Origin: a virus
Lineage: Duplodnaviria > Caudoviricetes
IMG/VR virus record: IMGVR_UViG_3300026270_000019
Coordinates: 1-30,111 of that record
DNA: 30,111 bases
Reading direction: 5' to 3' (one strand)
Shown: piece after piece, positions 1 through 8,040 of the stretch
Layout: each line of letters starts with the position of its first letter
How positions within the stretch are numbered: the stretch's first letter is position 1
The notes under the pieces: generated by a model
Databases searched by the model: none
What the model saw: only the letters and a program-made list of their open reading frames with translations
Told to the model about the DNA's origin: nothing
Made by a program: the position numbers and the translations under genes

Positions 1-84
1 AACGACGGACAACCACGTAACAAGTATTCTTACGCTGATAGAAGACGCTACAGGCACGGTAATAGATAACTTATACACATTCGT

Positions 85-1818
85 ATGGATGATACTTTAA
101 CAGCCCTTCAGGGCGATTTTAAGCTGTTTCTACAGGCATTGTGGGACCAGCTTGATTTACCTTCTCCAACTAGAGCACAATATGCCATCGCAGACTACCT
201 ACAAAACGGACCCAAGAGACTCCAGATTCAAGCCTTTCGAGGTGTTGGTAAATCTTGGATTACTGGTGCTTTTGTGCTATGGACCCTTTTTAAAGATCCG
301 GAGAAAAAAATAATGATAATTTCTGCTTCTAAGGAAAGAGCAGACAACATGAGCATCTTTCTACAGAAGCTAATTATCGAAACACCATGGCTAAAGCATC
401 TAAGACCTAAGTCAGATGATGCTAGATGGTCACGTATATCCTTTGATGTTTTATGTTCACCCCACCAAGCACCTTCAGTCAAATCCGTTGGTATAACTGG
501 ACAAATGACTGGAAGTCGTGCAGACCTAATGATTCTCGACGACATAGAAGTTCCCGGGAACAGTATGACGGAGTTGATGCGTGAAAAACTTCTTCAACTC
601 TGTACAGAAGCCGAGTCAATCCTTACGCCGAAAGACGATAGCCGTATTATGTATCTCGGGACTCCTCAGACTACTTTTACTGTTTATCGTAAGTTGGCAG
701 AGCGGTCTTATAGACCATTTGTTTGGCCGGCAAGATATCCCAAAAACCTTACACCATACGAAGGATTAATAGCACCTCAATTACAAGAAGACATAGACAA
801 TGGAGCACAAACTGGAGAATCAACTGACCCTGACAGATTTGATGATGAGGATCTCCTACAAAGAGAGTCATCTATGGGACGAAGTAATTTTATGCTTCAG
901 TTCATGTTGGATACAAGTCTTTCAGACGCTGAAAAGTTCCCTCTTAAAATGGCTGACCTTGTTGTTACCAGTGTTAATCCTACTGAAGGACCCGACAACG
1001 TTATATGGTGCTCCGATCCAAGAAATATCCTTAAAGATCTACCAACAGTCGGCTTGCCCGGGGACTACTTCTACTCACCTATGCAATTACAAGGAGAGTG
1101 GACTCCATATTCGGAAACCATCTGCTCGGTTGACCCCAGTGGAAGAGGATCTGATGAAACAGCAGCATGCTACATATCCCAGAAAAACGGCTTTCTCTAT
1201 CTTCACGAAGTGCGAGCCTATAAGGATGGGTACTCAGACAATACCTTGCTTGACATACTAAAAGGATGTAAAAAATACAACGCTACAACCTTAGTAGTAG
1301 AAACAAACTTTGGAGATGGAATCGTAAGTGAACTATTTAAAAAACATATTCAAAATACCAAACAAGCAATCTACATTGATGAAGTACGGGCAAATGTTAG
1401 GAAAGAAGACAGAATCATTGACGCGCTTGAACCTATTCTTAACCAGCATCGTCTTGTTGTTGACCGTGGGGTTATTGAGTGGGATTACAGCTCGAACAAA
1501 GACAGTCCACCTGAAAGTAGGCTCCTCTATATGCTCTTTTACCAGATGAGCAGGATGTGCCGGGAGAAGTACGCTGTAAAACACGACGACAGATTAGACT
1601 GTCTAGCTCAAGGAGTTAAGTACTTTACAGATTCTTTATCTATCTCTGCACAGTCACAAATAGACCTAAAGAAACAAGAAGACTGGAATGATATGCTTAC
1701 AGCTTTTATAGATGACCCACAATCTATGACTAATCATTTAGTACTTGGAATGGACGTTAACCAAAGACAACAAGCTAGAGGTAAGTCTGGTGGAAAGTCT
1801 ACTCCTACTTGGTTTTAG
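85..1818 (+). CDS. terL: Terminase large subunit (T7 gp19-like DNA maturase B)
   Basis: Walker A-like QAFRGVGKS, Walker B ILDDIE, coupling motif LGTPQ, nuclease motifs VDPSGRGSDET and HDDRLD. Confidence 0.97.
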   Translation: MDDTLTALQGDFKLFLQALWDQLDLPSPTRAQYAIADYLQNGPKRLQIQAFRGVGKSWITGAFVLWTLFKDPEKKIMIISASKERADNMSIFLQKLIIETPWLKHLRPKSDDARWSRISFDVLCSPHQAPSVKSVGITGQMTGSRADLMILDDIEVPGNSMTELMREKLLQLCTEAESILTPKDDSRIMYLGTPQTTFTVYRKLAERSYRPFVWPARYPKNLTPYEGLIAPQLQEDIDNGAQTGESTDPDRFDDEDLLQRESSMGRSNFMLQFMLDTSLSDAEKFPLKMADLVVTSVNPTEGPDNVIWCSDPRNILKDLPTVGLPGDYFYSPMQLQGEWTPYSETICSVDPSGRGSDETAACYISQKNGFLYLHEVRAYKDGYSDNTLLDILKGCKKYNATTLVVETNFGDGIVSELFKKHIQNTKQAIYIDEVRANVRKEDRIIDALEPILNQHRLVVDRGVIEWDYSSNKDSPPESRLLYMLFYQMSRMCREKYAVKHDDRLDCLAQGVKYFTDSLSISAQSQIDLKKQEDWNDMLTAFIDDPQSMTNHLVLGMDVNQRQQARGKSGGKSTPTWF

Positions 1819-1844
1819 GGGGTAGTGTCACGTATACAGGGGAA
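1819..1844 (+). promoter_or_regulatory. Candidate phage RNAP promoter, copy 1 (phiOR-like position)
   Basis: GGGGTAGTGTCACGTATACAGGGGAA matches 9123-9148 at 25/26 nt and lies directly after the terminase stop. Confidence 0.6.
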
Positions 1845-1860
1845 GGGTGGACCCTTGTAG

Positions 1861-1880
1861 GGGAGCTTCGGCTCCCTTTT
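1861..1880 (+). terminator. Intrinsic terminator or pause hairpin
   Basis: GGGAGC-TTCG-GCTCCC followed by TTTT. Confidence 0.75.
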
Positions 1881-1962
1881 AATAAATATCCGTGAATGAT
1901 ATTCCTTTAAAACCACTCCTCCAAAGGGTTCGGAGTAGAGAGTTCTATTAATAACACTATAT

Positions 1963-2223
1963 ATGCCTAAACTTAAACTACAAACTTTTAGAAAGTTATA
2001 CAAGAGTCTTAAAACTCCTTGGAAACCACTCAACTGGCTAATACTTGGTTATTTGATTGGCATAGAAGACAGATACATACAACTTAAATCAGCTCATGCT
2101 GTTGATGTGGCTGTAAGAAAATTTAAAGCTGAACATCAGTATGATACAAACCCACCTGAAGTAAAAATGAAAAAGACTCCAACTGGTTGGGAGATGTCGA
2201 TTGGAGATATAAAAGATGACTAA
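1963..2223 (+). CDS. Hypothetical phage protein
   Basis: 86-aa ATG ORF in the gene-dense + strand block. Confidence 0.7.
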   Translation: MPKLKLQTFRKLYKSLKTPWKPLNWLILGYLIGIEDRYIQLKSAHAVDVAVRKFKAEHQYDTNPPEVKMKKTPTGWEMSIGDIKDD

Positions 2224-2296
2224 TGTTGGTCTAGAAATCGTATTCTGGACTGTTTTAACCCTATATTTATTCACCCGAATAGGACTTTTTAAATGA
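2216..2296 (+). CDS. Small single-TM peptide (26 aa, MTNVGLEIVFWTVLTLYLFTRIGLFK)
   Basis: Read manually; GGAG upstream; overlaps the previous ORF, and its stop overlaps the talC start (ATGA). Confidence 0.55.
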   Translation: MTNVGLEIVFWTVLTLYLFTRIGLFK

Positions 2297-2937
2297 AGAT
2301 ATTTCTTGATTCTGCTATTACTACAGATATCCAAGATAGATTAGCAACCGAGATAATAGATGGTGTAACAACCAACCCCACTCTTATAAAAAAGAGTAAT
2401 GAAGACCCTGATGTGGTCTATAAAGAACTGTATGACATGCGTGTTAAAGATCTTTCTATAGAAGTAAAAGGAGAGACTGCACAAGAGTTATCAGCTAATG
2501 GCATACTGTATGGTCGTAAGTACGGAGAAGTAGCAACTATTAAACTACCTTGTACTGTTGAAGGTATAAAAGCTTGTAAGAAACTGTCAATACTGGGTTA
2601 TAAAACTAATATGACTTTAGTATTTAGTGTTAGCCAAGCAATACTGTGTGCAAAGGCTGGTGCTACTTATGTTTCTCCTTTTGTGGGGAGATTGGACCAG
2701 ATTGGAGAGGATGGGATACAACTTATTCAAGATATTGCCAGAGTTTTCTGTGTGCATGATATTAAGACACAGATCTTGGCTGCTTCAATCCGTTCTCCTA
2801 AGCAAGCAGAGGATGCTTACCTAGCTGGAGCACATATATGTACTTTGCCAGTCAAAGTCTTCGATAAAATGTTCCGTCATACACTTACAGATGATGGTCT
2901 TAAGCAATTTGCCATAGATTTTGGCATAAATTTCTGA
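2293..2937 (+). CDS. talC: Transaldolase (TalC/MipB family), auxiliary metabolic gene
   Basis: MKIFLDSA, GVTTNPTL, IKLPCT (Schiff-base Lys), YVSPFVGRLD, ILAASIR. Confidence 0.96.
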   Translation: MKIFLDSAITTDIQDRLATEIIDGVTTNPTLIKKSNEDPDVVYKELYDMRVKDLSIEVKGETAQELSANGILYGRKYGEVATIKLPCTVEGIKACKKLSILGYKTNMTLVFSVSQAILCAKAGATYVSPFVGRLDQIGEDGIQLIQDIARVFCVHDIKTQILAASIRSPKQAEDAYLAGAHICTLPVKVFDKMFRHTLTDDGLKQFAIDFGINF

Positions 2938-3054
2938 GATGGAATAGCGCATCGGCACGGGCGAAAATTACCCCCAAGGGGGGTAGCAAAATCGTCCGGC
3001 GGATCTATGATCCGGTGAACTCCCAGTCATAGCAAGGGATTTGCTGGGCAATAC

Positions 3055-3145
3055 ACGCGCGATCAATTAACGCGCCCGCCCGCGGGAACAATTAACGCGC
3101 ACAGGCACGCGATCAATCAACGCACGCAGCCGTACGCCCGCGCGG
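3055..3145. repeat. CG-rich short direct repeats in the putative genome-end region
   Basis: CGCGATCAATTAACGCGC (3058-3075), CAATTAACGCGC (3089-3100), CGCGATCAATCAACGCAC (3108-3125). Confidence 0.7.
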
Positions 3146-3278
3146 TTTACTTGTCTCTCGATCTCTCGCGATCTGTTGCCGACCAGATTGACCAAACGAA
3201 TTTATCCAGTGATACCAACCGATCTGATGGGGCTTGTGACAGTTTGTTGACTGGTTTGGCTGACTAACCGATACACCG

Positions 3279-3287
3279 TGGTATAAT
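3279..3287 (+). promoter_or_regulatory. Host sigma70 extended -10 early promoter
   Basis: TG-G-TATAAT, a perfect extended -10, upstream of the early region; predicted start ~3294. Confidence 0.7.
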
Positions 3288-3293
3288 GACAAC

Positions 3294-3716
3294 AGAGAGT
3301 GTTGTTTAACGTTATGTTATTTATCTCTCCCTTTAGGGTGAGAGAGATAACTAACTTAACTACAACACCTCTCCCTCGACGAATCGACGAAATTTCATAA
3401 CAAACAACAATCCAGAGCAGCCACACAACCGTAAAGGTTGTTGAGTCCAGTGCCCCTTCAGGACAAGAAGTTGACCGGCCTTGATAAGCGGAGCGTAGAG
3501 CTCCAAGTCCGCAGAGAAAGCGGTGACGGCGACCACGAAAGTGGGATTTGGGTAAAGACACCGGCGAGAACTTCCGCCACGTCGTTTATACAAGTGCTAA
3601 CTTATACACCTTGGTATCTTTGATACCAGATAGCGAGTTAGTCCTTGCGAGGTGGTGTCCCTACAGCCACGCAAGAACGGTGCAACTCCGTTGCTATCAC
3701 TTGGCTTTCGAGCCAA
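3294..3716 (+). ncRNA. Candidate structured non-coding RNA or long early leader
   Basis: No credible ORF; 79-nt hairpin (3295-3373), many GC-rich stems, tRNA-like module (3629-3699), TTCG hairpin (3701-3716). Confidence 0.5.
3629..3699 (+). ncRNA. tRNA-like element 1 (acceptor stem + T-arm)
   Basis: GATAGC/GCTATC stem stacked on AACGG-TGCAACT-CCGTT; internal CTTGCG/CGCAAG stem. Confidence 0.55.
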
Positions 3717-3742
3717 ATTGTTAATTTATTCGGAGAATTATT

Positions 3743-4066
3743 ATGTTTGGTTACACAATTGTAAACCGTAGGTTTAGCGATGCCATCGAGTTCGCTGCTG
3801 TCAACGTCCTTCAAGGACGCTGCATTGTCAGATTCAAAGAATCTGGTGCTGAGTATCTTTACAAGAACGTCAGCCGTCGCAGACTTTTAAGTCTGTTACT
3901 TGATAACAACAAAAGCCTTGGCTTTTGGATTCAGTACTTGGCTAAGAATGCTATTCAAGAGAATAGATATCGTCCAGCTACTGGAGCTATGACTTATAAC
4001 CGTATAGGTTATAGCTACTTCAATGAGATACCACAGTATCTCGCTGTTCAAAACGTGGCTGGCTAG
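3743..4066 (+). CDS. Hypothetical early protein
   Basis: 107 aa, GGAG SD at ~3732, first ORF after the structured leader. Confidence 0.8.
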   Translation: MFGYTIVNRRFSDAIEFAAVNVLQGRCIVRFKESGAEYLYKNVSRRRLLSLLLDNNKSLGFWIQYLAKNAIQENRYRPATGAMTYNRIGYSYFNEIPQYLAVQNVAG

Positions 4067-4068
4067 TC

Positions 4069-4755
4069 ATGACTAGAGTTCACATTACTAGGCGATCTTC
4101 CAACTCTAAAGTTGGCAAGATCCCAGTCACAACCAGCGAAGCTGGCACATGTCCAACAACTTGCGGCATGTATGACACTTGCTACGCAAAGACTGGACCC
4201 CAGTCATGGCACTGGAACAAGGTCACCAAAGGTGAACGCGGCGGTAGTTGGGATGACTTAGCCAAGTTTGTTTCACAATTAAATGCTGGTCAATTATGGC
4301 GGCACAATGTTTCCGGGGACATCCCGTATGTCACCGCACCAGATGGGCAAGAGCTCATCAACTTAGCATTACTTAAACAATTAGTTGATGCTAATAAATC
4401 CAGTGGTGCCAAGGGATATACATATTCCCATCATAAACTTAATACCCATAATCTGGAAGCTTTAAGGTATGCTAACAAGAACGGATTTACAATCAATGCT
4501 TCATGCGAATCACTCGCGCAAGCTGATGATGCAATACGGCAGGGACTACCAGCAGTATGTGTTGTTAATTCCGACAAGGTCACACCAACACACACGCCCG
4601 ACGGTCACAAAGTAACAATATGTCCGGCACAATTACATGAACATGTACAATGTGCAAACTGCAAACTATGTAGTCATAGCAACCGATCTAACGTGGTCGC
4701 TTTCTTATCACATGGCAACAGATCACGTAAGGCAAATGAGTTTTTAACTGATTAA
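4069..4755 (+). CDS. Cys-rich putative Fe-S or metal-binding phage protein (Gp88/radical-SAM-like fold suspected)
   Basis: CPTTCGMYDTC (Cx3Cx5C), WRHNVSGD, C-terminal CPAQ...CANCKLC. Confidence 0.7.
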   Translation: MTRVHITRRSSNSKVGKIPVTTSEAGTCPTTCGMYDTCYAKTGPQSWHWNKVTKGERGGSWDDLAKFVSQLNAGQLWRHNVSGDIPYVTAPDGQELINLALLKQLVDANKSSGAKGYTYSHHKLNTHNLEALRYANKNGFTINASCESLAQADDAIRQGLPAVCVVNSDKVTPTHTPDGHKVTICPAQLHEHVQCANCKLCSHSNRSNVVAFLSHGNRSRKANEFLTD

Positions 4756-4813
4756 CTTATGCACTTTAGTATAACATTAGGGGTATAATATATATCCCTA
4801 ATTTATATTTTTC

Positions 4814-4851
4814 CACACTCATAGTCGCACACTCATGTGTCTCCACACTCA
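4814..4851. repeat. Three CACACTCA direct repeats
   Basis: Copies at 4814, 4828 and 4844; a further copy at 5953. Confidence 0.65.
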
Positions 4852-4900
4852 CACGCCAATCGTGTGTCTATACATGGAAGTATATATTTTTTTTATTTAT

Positions 4901-4975
4901 CAAGGACGCAGATCATGGACGCAGGGACGCAAGGTCTCAAGGCTCAGGGTCTCAAGGTCTCATGGACACAGGGCT
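4901..4975. repeat. Degenerate tandem 8-mer array CA(A/G/T)GG(A/T)C(G/T/A)
   Basis: caaggacg, catggacg, cagggacg, caaggtct, caaggct, cagggtct, caaggtct, catggaca. Confidence 0.75.
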
Positions 4976-5022
4976 GCTGCTGACTCCGAACAGCAGGGAC
5001 GGTTCAACTCCGTCTATGTCCA
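4964..5022 (+). ncRNA. tRNA-like element 2 (acceptor stem + T-arm, no D-arm)
   Basis: GGACACA/TATGTCC (one mismatch), CTGCTG/CAGCAG stem, GACGG-TTCAACT-CCGTC. Confidence 0.55.
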
Positions 5023-5055
5023 CTTGCCCACGCAATGAGCGGGGCTTACTGACTA

Positions 5056-5253
5056 ATGACCGACACGACACTAATCAACAAGGTCTATGACATAGCTAAT
5101 GGTTATGACCCAGACATAGATGACACTACTTCCTTTCAAGATATCGTTAAGACTCTTGAAGTAATGAAGGATAAAGCACTTAAGTTTGAACTTATTGAAG
5201 CATCATTCAGACCTGAGCCACAGCTACCGGAGATCCACAAATGCGACATATAA
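5056..5253 (+). CDS. Hypothetical early protein
   Basis: 65-aa ORF heading a chain of small ORFs. Confidence 0.7.
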   Translation: MTDTTLINKVYDIANGYDPDIDDTTSFQDIVKTLEVMKDKALKFELIEASFRPEPQLPEIHKCDI

Positions 5254-5261
5254 ATGCACTA

Positions 5262-5390
5262 ATGAATAGTTCTCAATACGAGAATCTCAATACCTTGCTC
5301 ATGGAAGCAAGAGACAGAGCCAAGGACAGTATCCTTACATGTCAATTAACTGTTGAAGAAATTGATGAACTTGAGGAGGTATTGCTGTGA
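5262..5390 (+). CDS. Small acidic hypothetical protein (42 aa)
   Basis: Manual translation MNSSQYENLNTLLMEARDR...EEVLL; TGATG overlap with the next ORF. Confidence 0.6.
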   Translation: MNSSQYENLNTLLMEARDRAKDSILTCQLTVEEIDELEEVLL

Positions 5391-5554
5391 TGCAAACCAA
5401 AACTATTAACGTGGCTGACCTACTTAATTATTCAGACAGGGCAGTTATATCCAAGATTGTAAGCGAAAGAGTTTTCGCTGAATATGGTGACTTGCATGAG
5501 TTCAAATGGCAAATGAGCGTAACAGGACACTTTGAAATACCGGAGACATTATGA
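5390..5554 (+). CDS. Small hypothetical protein (54 aa)
   Basis: MQTKTINVADLL...IPETL; GAGGAGG SD; ATGA overlap with the next ORF. Confidence 0.7.
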   Translation: MQTKTINVADLLNYSDRAVISKIVSERVFAEYGDLHEFKWQMSVTGHFEIPETL

Positions 5555-5715
5555 CTACTTATGAAGTAAGGACAAGTAAAACTGTATTTAATTACTACAG
5601 ATTTGATGCCAAGGATGCAGCTCATGCTGAACAAATGGCTTTAACCTTCGGAAAGATAGGAAGGATAGACACAATACACGACAAAAAGAAAGTTGATTAC
5701 TCAAAAGAACTATGA
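5551..5715 (+). CDS. Small hypothetical protein (54 aa)
   Basis: MTTYEVRTSKTVFNYYRFDAKDAAHAEQMA...; GGAG SD; ATGA overlaps at both ends. Confidence 0.7.
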   Translation: MTTYEVRTSKTVFNYYRFDAKDAAHAEQMALTFGKIGRIDTIHDKKKVDYSKEL

Positions 5716-5897
5716 CTATAGACGTTAAACAAACATTGAATTACTCAGCAGCTATACGCAAGGCTGAACCAGACTGGGACGACGATCAAGTACGCAGAGC
5801 CGCAGAGCATTGTGTTCTGTATATGGACGTACGGATTAAACCAGCAAAGTTAAAGAAACATCTTGAAGACTTTAAAGATAGTAGTAACTATTTCTAA
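5712..5897 (+). CDS. Hypothetical early protein
   Basis: 61-aa ORF coupled to the previous stop. Confidence 0.7.
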   Translation: MTIDVKQTLNYSAAIRKAEPDWDDDQVRRAAEHCVLYMDVRIKPAKLKKHLEDFKDSSNYF

Positions 5898-5971
5898 CTA
5901 CAAGACTACGCCTGACAGTCAGTAAACCCCCAGAAATGGACAGGTAAATATACACACTCATCAGGCTCGCC

Positions 5972-6124
5972 ATGATTACCTATCAAGTTATCTATCGTCT
6001 ACCCGACGAGGAGAAGCATTGGTTTTTGATTAAAGCCGATTGCGATGAAGAAGCTGCTTATTCAGCACTGAACTGGACTAAAACCCACCGTTACAACCTC
6101 ATTGATGTAAGGAGAATCACATGA
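5972..6124 (+). CDS. Small hypothetical protein (50 aa)
   Basis: MITYQVIYRLPDEEKHWFLIKADCDEEAAY...; ATGA overlap with the 6121 ORF. Confidence 0.65.
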   Translation: MITYQVIYRLPDEEKHWFLIKADCDEEAAYSALNWTKTHRYNLIDVRRIT

Positions 6125-6453
6125 AAAAGAAATACTTTCCCAACAACTGGCGAGCTATTAAGGACACACCTGACAAACACTTTGTGTCAATGCCGTATGA
6201 ACAGTTTACGGACTGGAAAATACATGGCTATGACATCCCTGACTCTGTGTATTCGATCATAAGAACCATGGACACTCAAGGAAAAGTAGAAGAGTTTTAT
6301 TACAACACTCCACGTCATACACATAACCGTATACGTAAATCAATTAATGAAAACAAAGAGATTTACTTATGCACTATGGAAGGAATGTACCACCTTAAAC
6401 CCTCAGATTTACCTCTCGATTTCAATAACAATGAACACAAGAACATTCAATAG
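6121..6453 (+). CDS. Cyanopodovirus early protein (MKKKYFPNNW...)
   Basis: AAGGAG SD; 110 aa; position typical of the early region. Confidence 0.8.
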   Translation: MKKKYFPNNWRAIKDTPDKHFVSMPYEQFTDWKIHGYDIPDSVYSIIRTMDTQGKVEEFYYNTPRHTHNRIRKSINENKEIYLCTMEGMYHLKPSDLPLDFNNNEHKNIQ

Positions 6454-6583
6454 AAGATTACAAACATTAAGTAGCGAAATACACAGACATCCAAATGTTG
6501 ATGAACTGCTTAACATAATGTCACAACAATTAGAAGACGACACTCCAGTAGCAGAACAAGAACTGCTACCACTATGTTCATAG
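6431..6583 (+). CDS. Small hypothetical protein (MNTRTFNRRL...)
   Basis: Internal ATG of ORF 6347-6583, overlapping the previous gene end. Confidence 0.6.
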   Translation: MNTRTFNRRLQTLSSEIHRHPNVDELLNIMSQQLEDDTPVAEQELLPLCS

Positions 6584-6661
6584 TGAACATATTGATTTAC
6601 TCATGTACGTAGCCCGTGCTTGTATCTCATGTTACTTTAGTCCCAACAGAATTTATACCCG

Positions 6662-6841
6662 ATGGAACTTTTCTCAAAAGGCGATTTCTATTTAGGCATG
6701 GATGAAGAAAAGTTTTGCGACTTTGATATACATGTTGGTAGATTCGTGATACAATACACTTGTCCCAAAGGACAAATAAAACCACCACCCAAGGATGATG
6801 GAGCGAGCAACCGACCCATGGAAGGATCAGCTGACAGATAG
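6662..6841 (+). CDS. Small hypothetical protein (59 aa, MELFSKGDFYLGMDEEKF...)
   Basis: Manual translation; fills the gap and overlaps the regulator gene start. Confidence 0.55.
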   Translation: MELFSKGDFYLGMDEEKFCDFDIHVGRFVIQYTCPKGQIKPPPKDDGASNRPMEGSADR

Positions 6842-7166
6842 TCAGATGGAGAAGCTCTTTAAATGTTTAAAGACATTTATGATCTTCGATCCTGAAATGC
6901 CATTGCAACTACAATTGACTTTTTTATACATCGCATCACATGACGGATGTCATAAGCAAGCGATGGAAGCTGCATTGGGTTACTCTAACGCTGCTGGTAG
7001 CAGGAACACTGACTACTTAGCAGAGATTCATCGTTACAAAAACAAACCGGGGCTGAAACTGATTAGCAAGGAACGAGATCCTTCTAATCTGAGGAGGTAT
7101 CAACTCGTCCTTACTAAATCTGGTAAGCAACTGGTAGATACTCTCAAGGAACAACTCTATGGCTAA
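6795..7166 (+). CDS. MarR-like winged-helix transcriptional regulator
   Basis: TFLYIA...AAGSRNTDYL...GLKLISKERDPSNLRRYQLVLTKSGKQL wing motif; adjacent to the integrase. Confidence 0.8.
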   Translation: MMERATDPWKDQLTDSQMEKLFKCLKTFMIFDPEMPLQLQLTFLYIASHDGCHKQAMEAALGYSNAAGSRNTDYLAEIHRYKNKPGLKLISKERDPSNLRRYQLVLTKSGKQLVDTLKEQLYG

Positions 7167-8040
7167 AGCTATTACTTGGGGAGAGTGCTTAGATTACACG
7201 CTCCGCAATCTCGAAACGTGGCGTAATGGAGGAGGACGTGATTCCGCAATCCTATATTCTGGATACTTTACTAAATATCAAGGAAAAACATTCCCAGCTC
7301 ATCGGATCTCGAAAGCTCTAATGACTGATATATGTACATCACTTGAAGAGTCTGGTAAAAAGAATGCCACTATCAATAGGTTTATATCGGCAGTCTCGAC
7401 AGTACTTAAATTCTGTAAAGAGAATGAAGTTATTACCTTTGATCTTCCAACTCCTTTTAAACGTAGAAAGGAACGTGACAAAACTGTTCGCAAGTACTAC
7501 ACCAAAGAACAAGTTAAGGAAATGCTACGCATATCCAAAGACTACATGTTCAGGAACGACTTGCATGACTTAATCCTCGCAGCATCCTTAACAGGTATGC
7601 GATTAAGTGAGTTACTTAAGTTACCAGCATGGGCAGTGGACTTTAATCTTGGCGTTATCAATGTTGAAATGACTAAGAATGAAGAAGCTAGATGTGTACC
7701 TATACATCCCAAGCTACGTTCCACACTCATCAAGCGGTGCGAAGATGCTCCACCAAAGGGCTACCCCGGTGTGAAAGTATTTGGTAATGACTGGAAAAAT
7801 GCTGATGCTGTGCGTTGGCAATTCGGTCAACTAATACATAAACACATGGACTTCCCAGATGATGGAACATACGTATTCCATTGCTTAAGACATAGTTTTG
7901 CTACTTGGCAACTTGCTGGTGGATGCCCACCCATTGATCTAATGAGCATATTAGGTCACCGTCATCTTCAGACAACAATGGTATATGCCAAGCCAACTGA
8001 TGATGGCAAACGAAACTCTATGAATAAGCTGGAATTTTAA
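7159..8040 (+). CDS. int: Tyrosine recombinase / integrase
   Basis: TGMRLSEL (R), K, HCLRH (HxxR), LGH, catalytic Y in TMVYA. Confidence 0.95.
   Translation: MAKAITWGECLDYTLRNLETWRNGGGRDSAILYSGYFTKYQGKTFPAHRISKALMTDICTSLEESGKKNATINRFISAVSTVLKFCKENEVITFDLPTPFKRRKERDKTVRKYYTKEQVKEMLRISKDYMFRNDLHDLILAASLTGMRLSELLKLPAWAVDFNLGVINVEMTKNEEARCVPIHPKLRSTLIKRCEDAPPKGYPGVKVFGNDWKNADAVRWQFGQLIHKHMDFPDDGTYVFHCLRHSFATWQLAGGCPPIDLMSILGHRHLQTTMVYAKPTDDGKRNSMNKLEF

Noticed and set aside
1-69. 3' end of an upstream gene (NDGQPRNKYSYADRRRYRHGNR)
   Set aside because: Plausible but too short to identify or support
3470-3545. Hammerhead ribozyme (TTGATAAG ... CGAAA)
   Set aside because: Core deviates from CTGATGA, and the GAAA is a tetraloop of CCAC/GTGG rather than a junction strand
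3202-3623. ORFs 3202-3561(-), 3360-3593(-) and 3438-3623(+)
   Set aside because: No recognisable motifs or good starts; they overlap a stem-rich GC-rich region better explained as RNA structure
4901-4975. CRISPR or mini-array
   Set aside because: Units are 7-8 nt in tandem with no unique spacers, and no cas genes are present
4835-5038. 67-aa ORF across the repeats
   Set aside because: Low-complexity translation of repeat arrays and tRNA-like element 2
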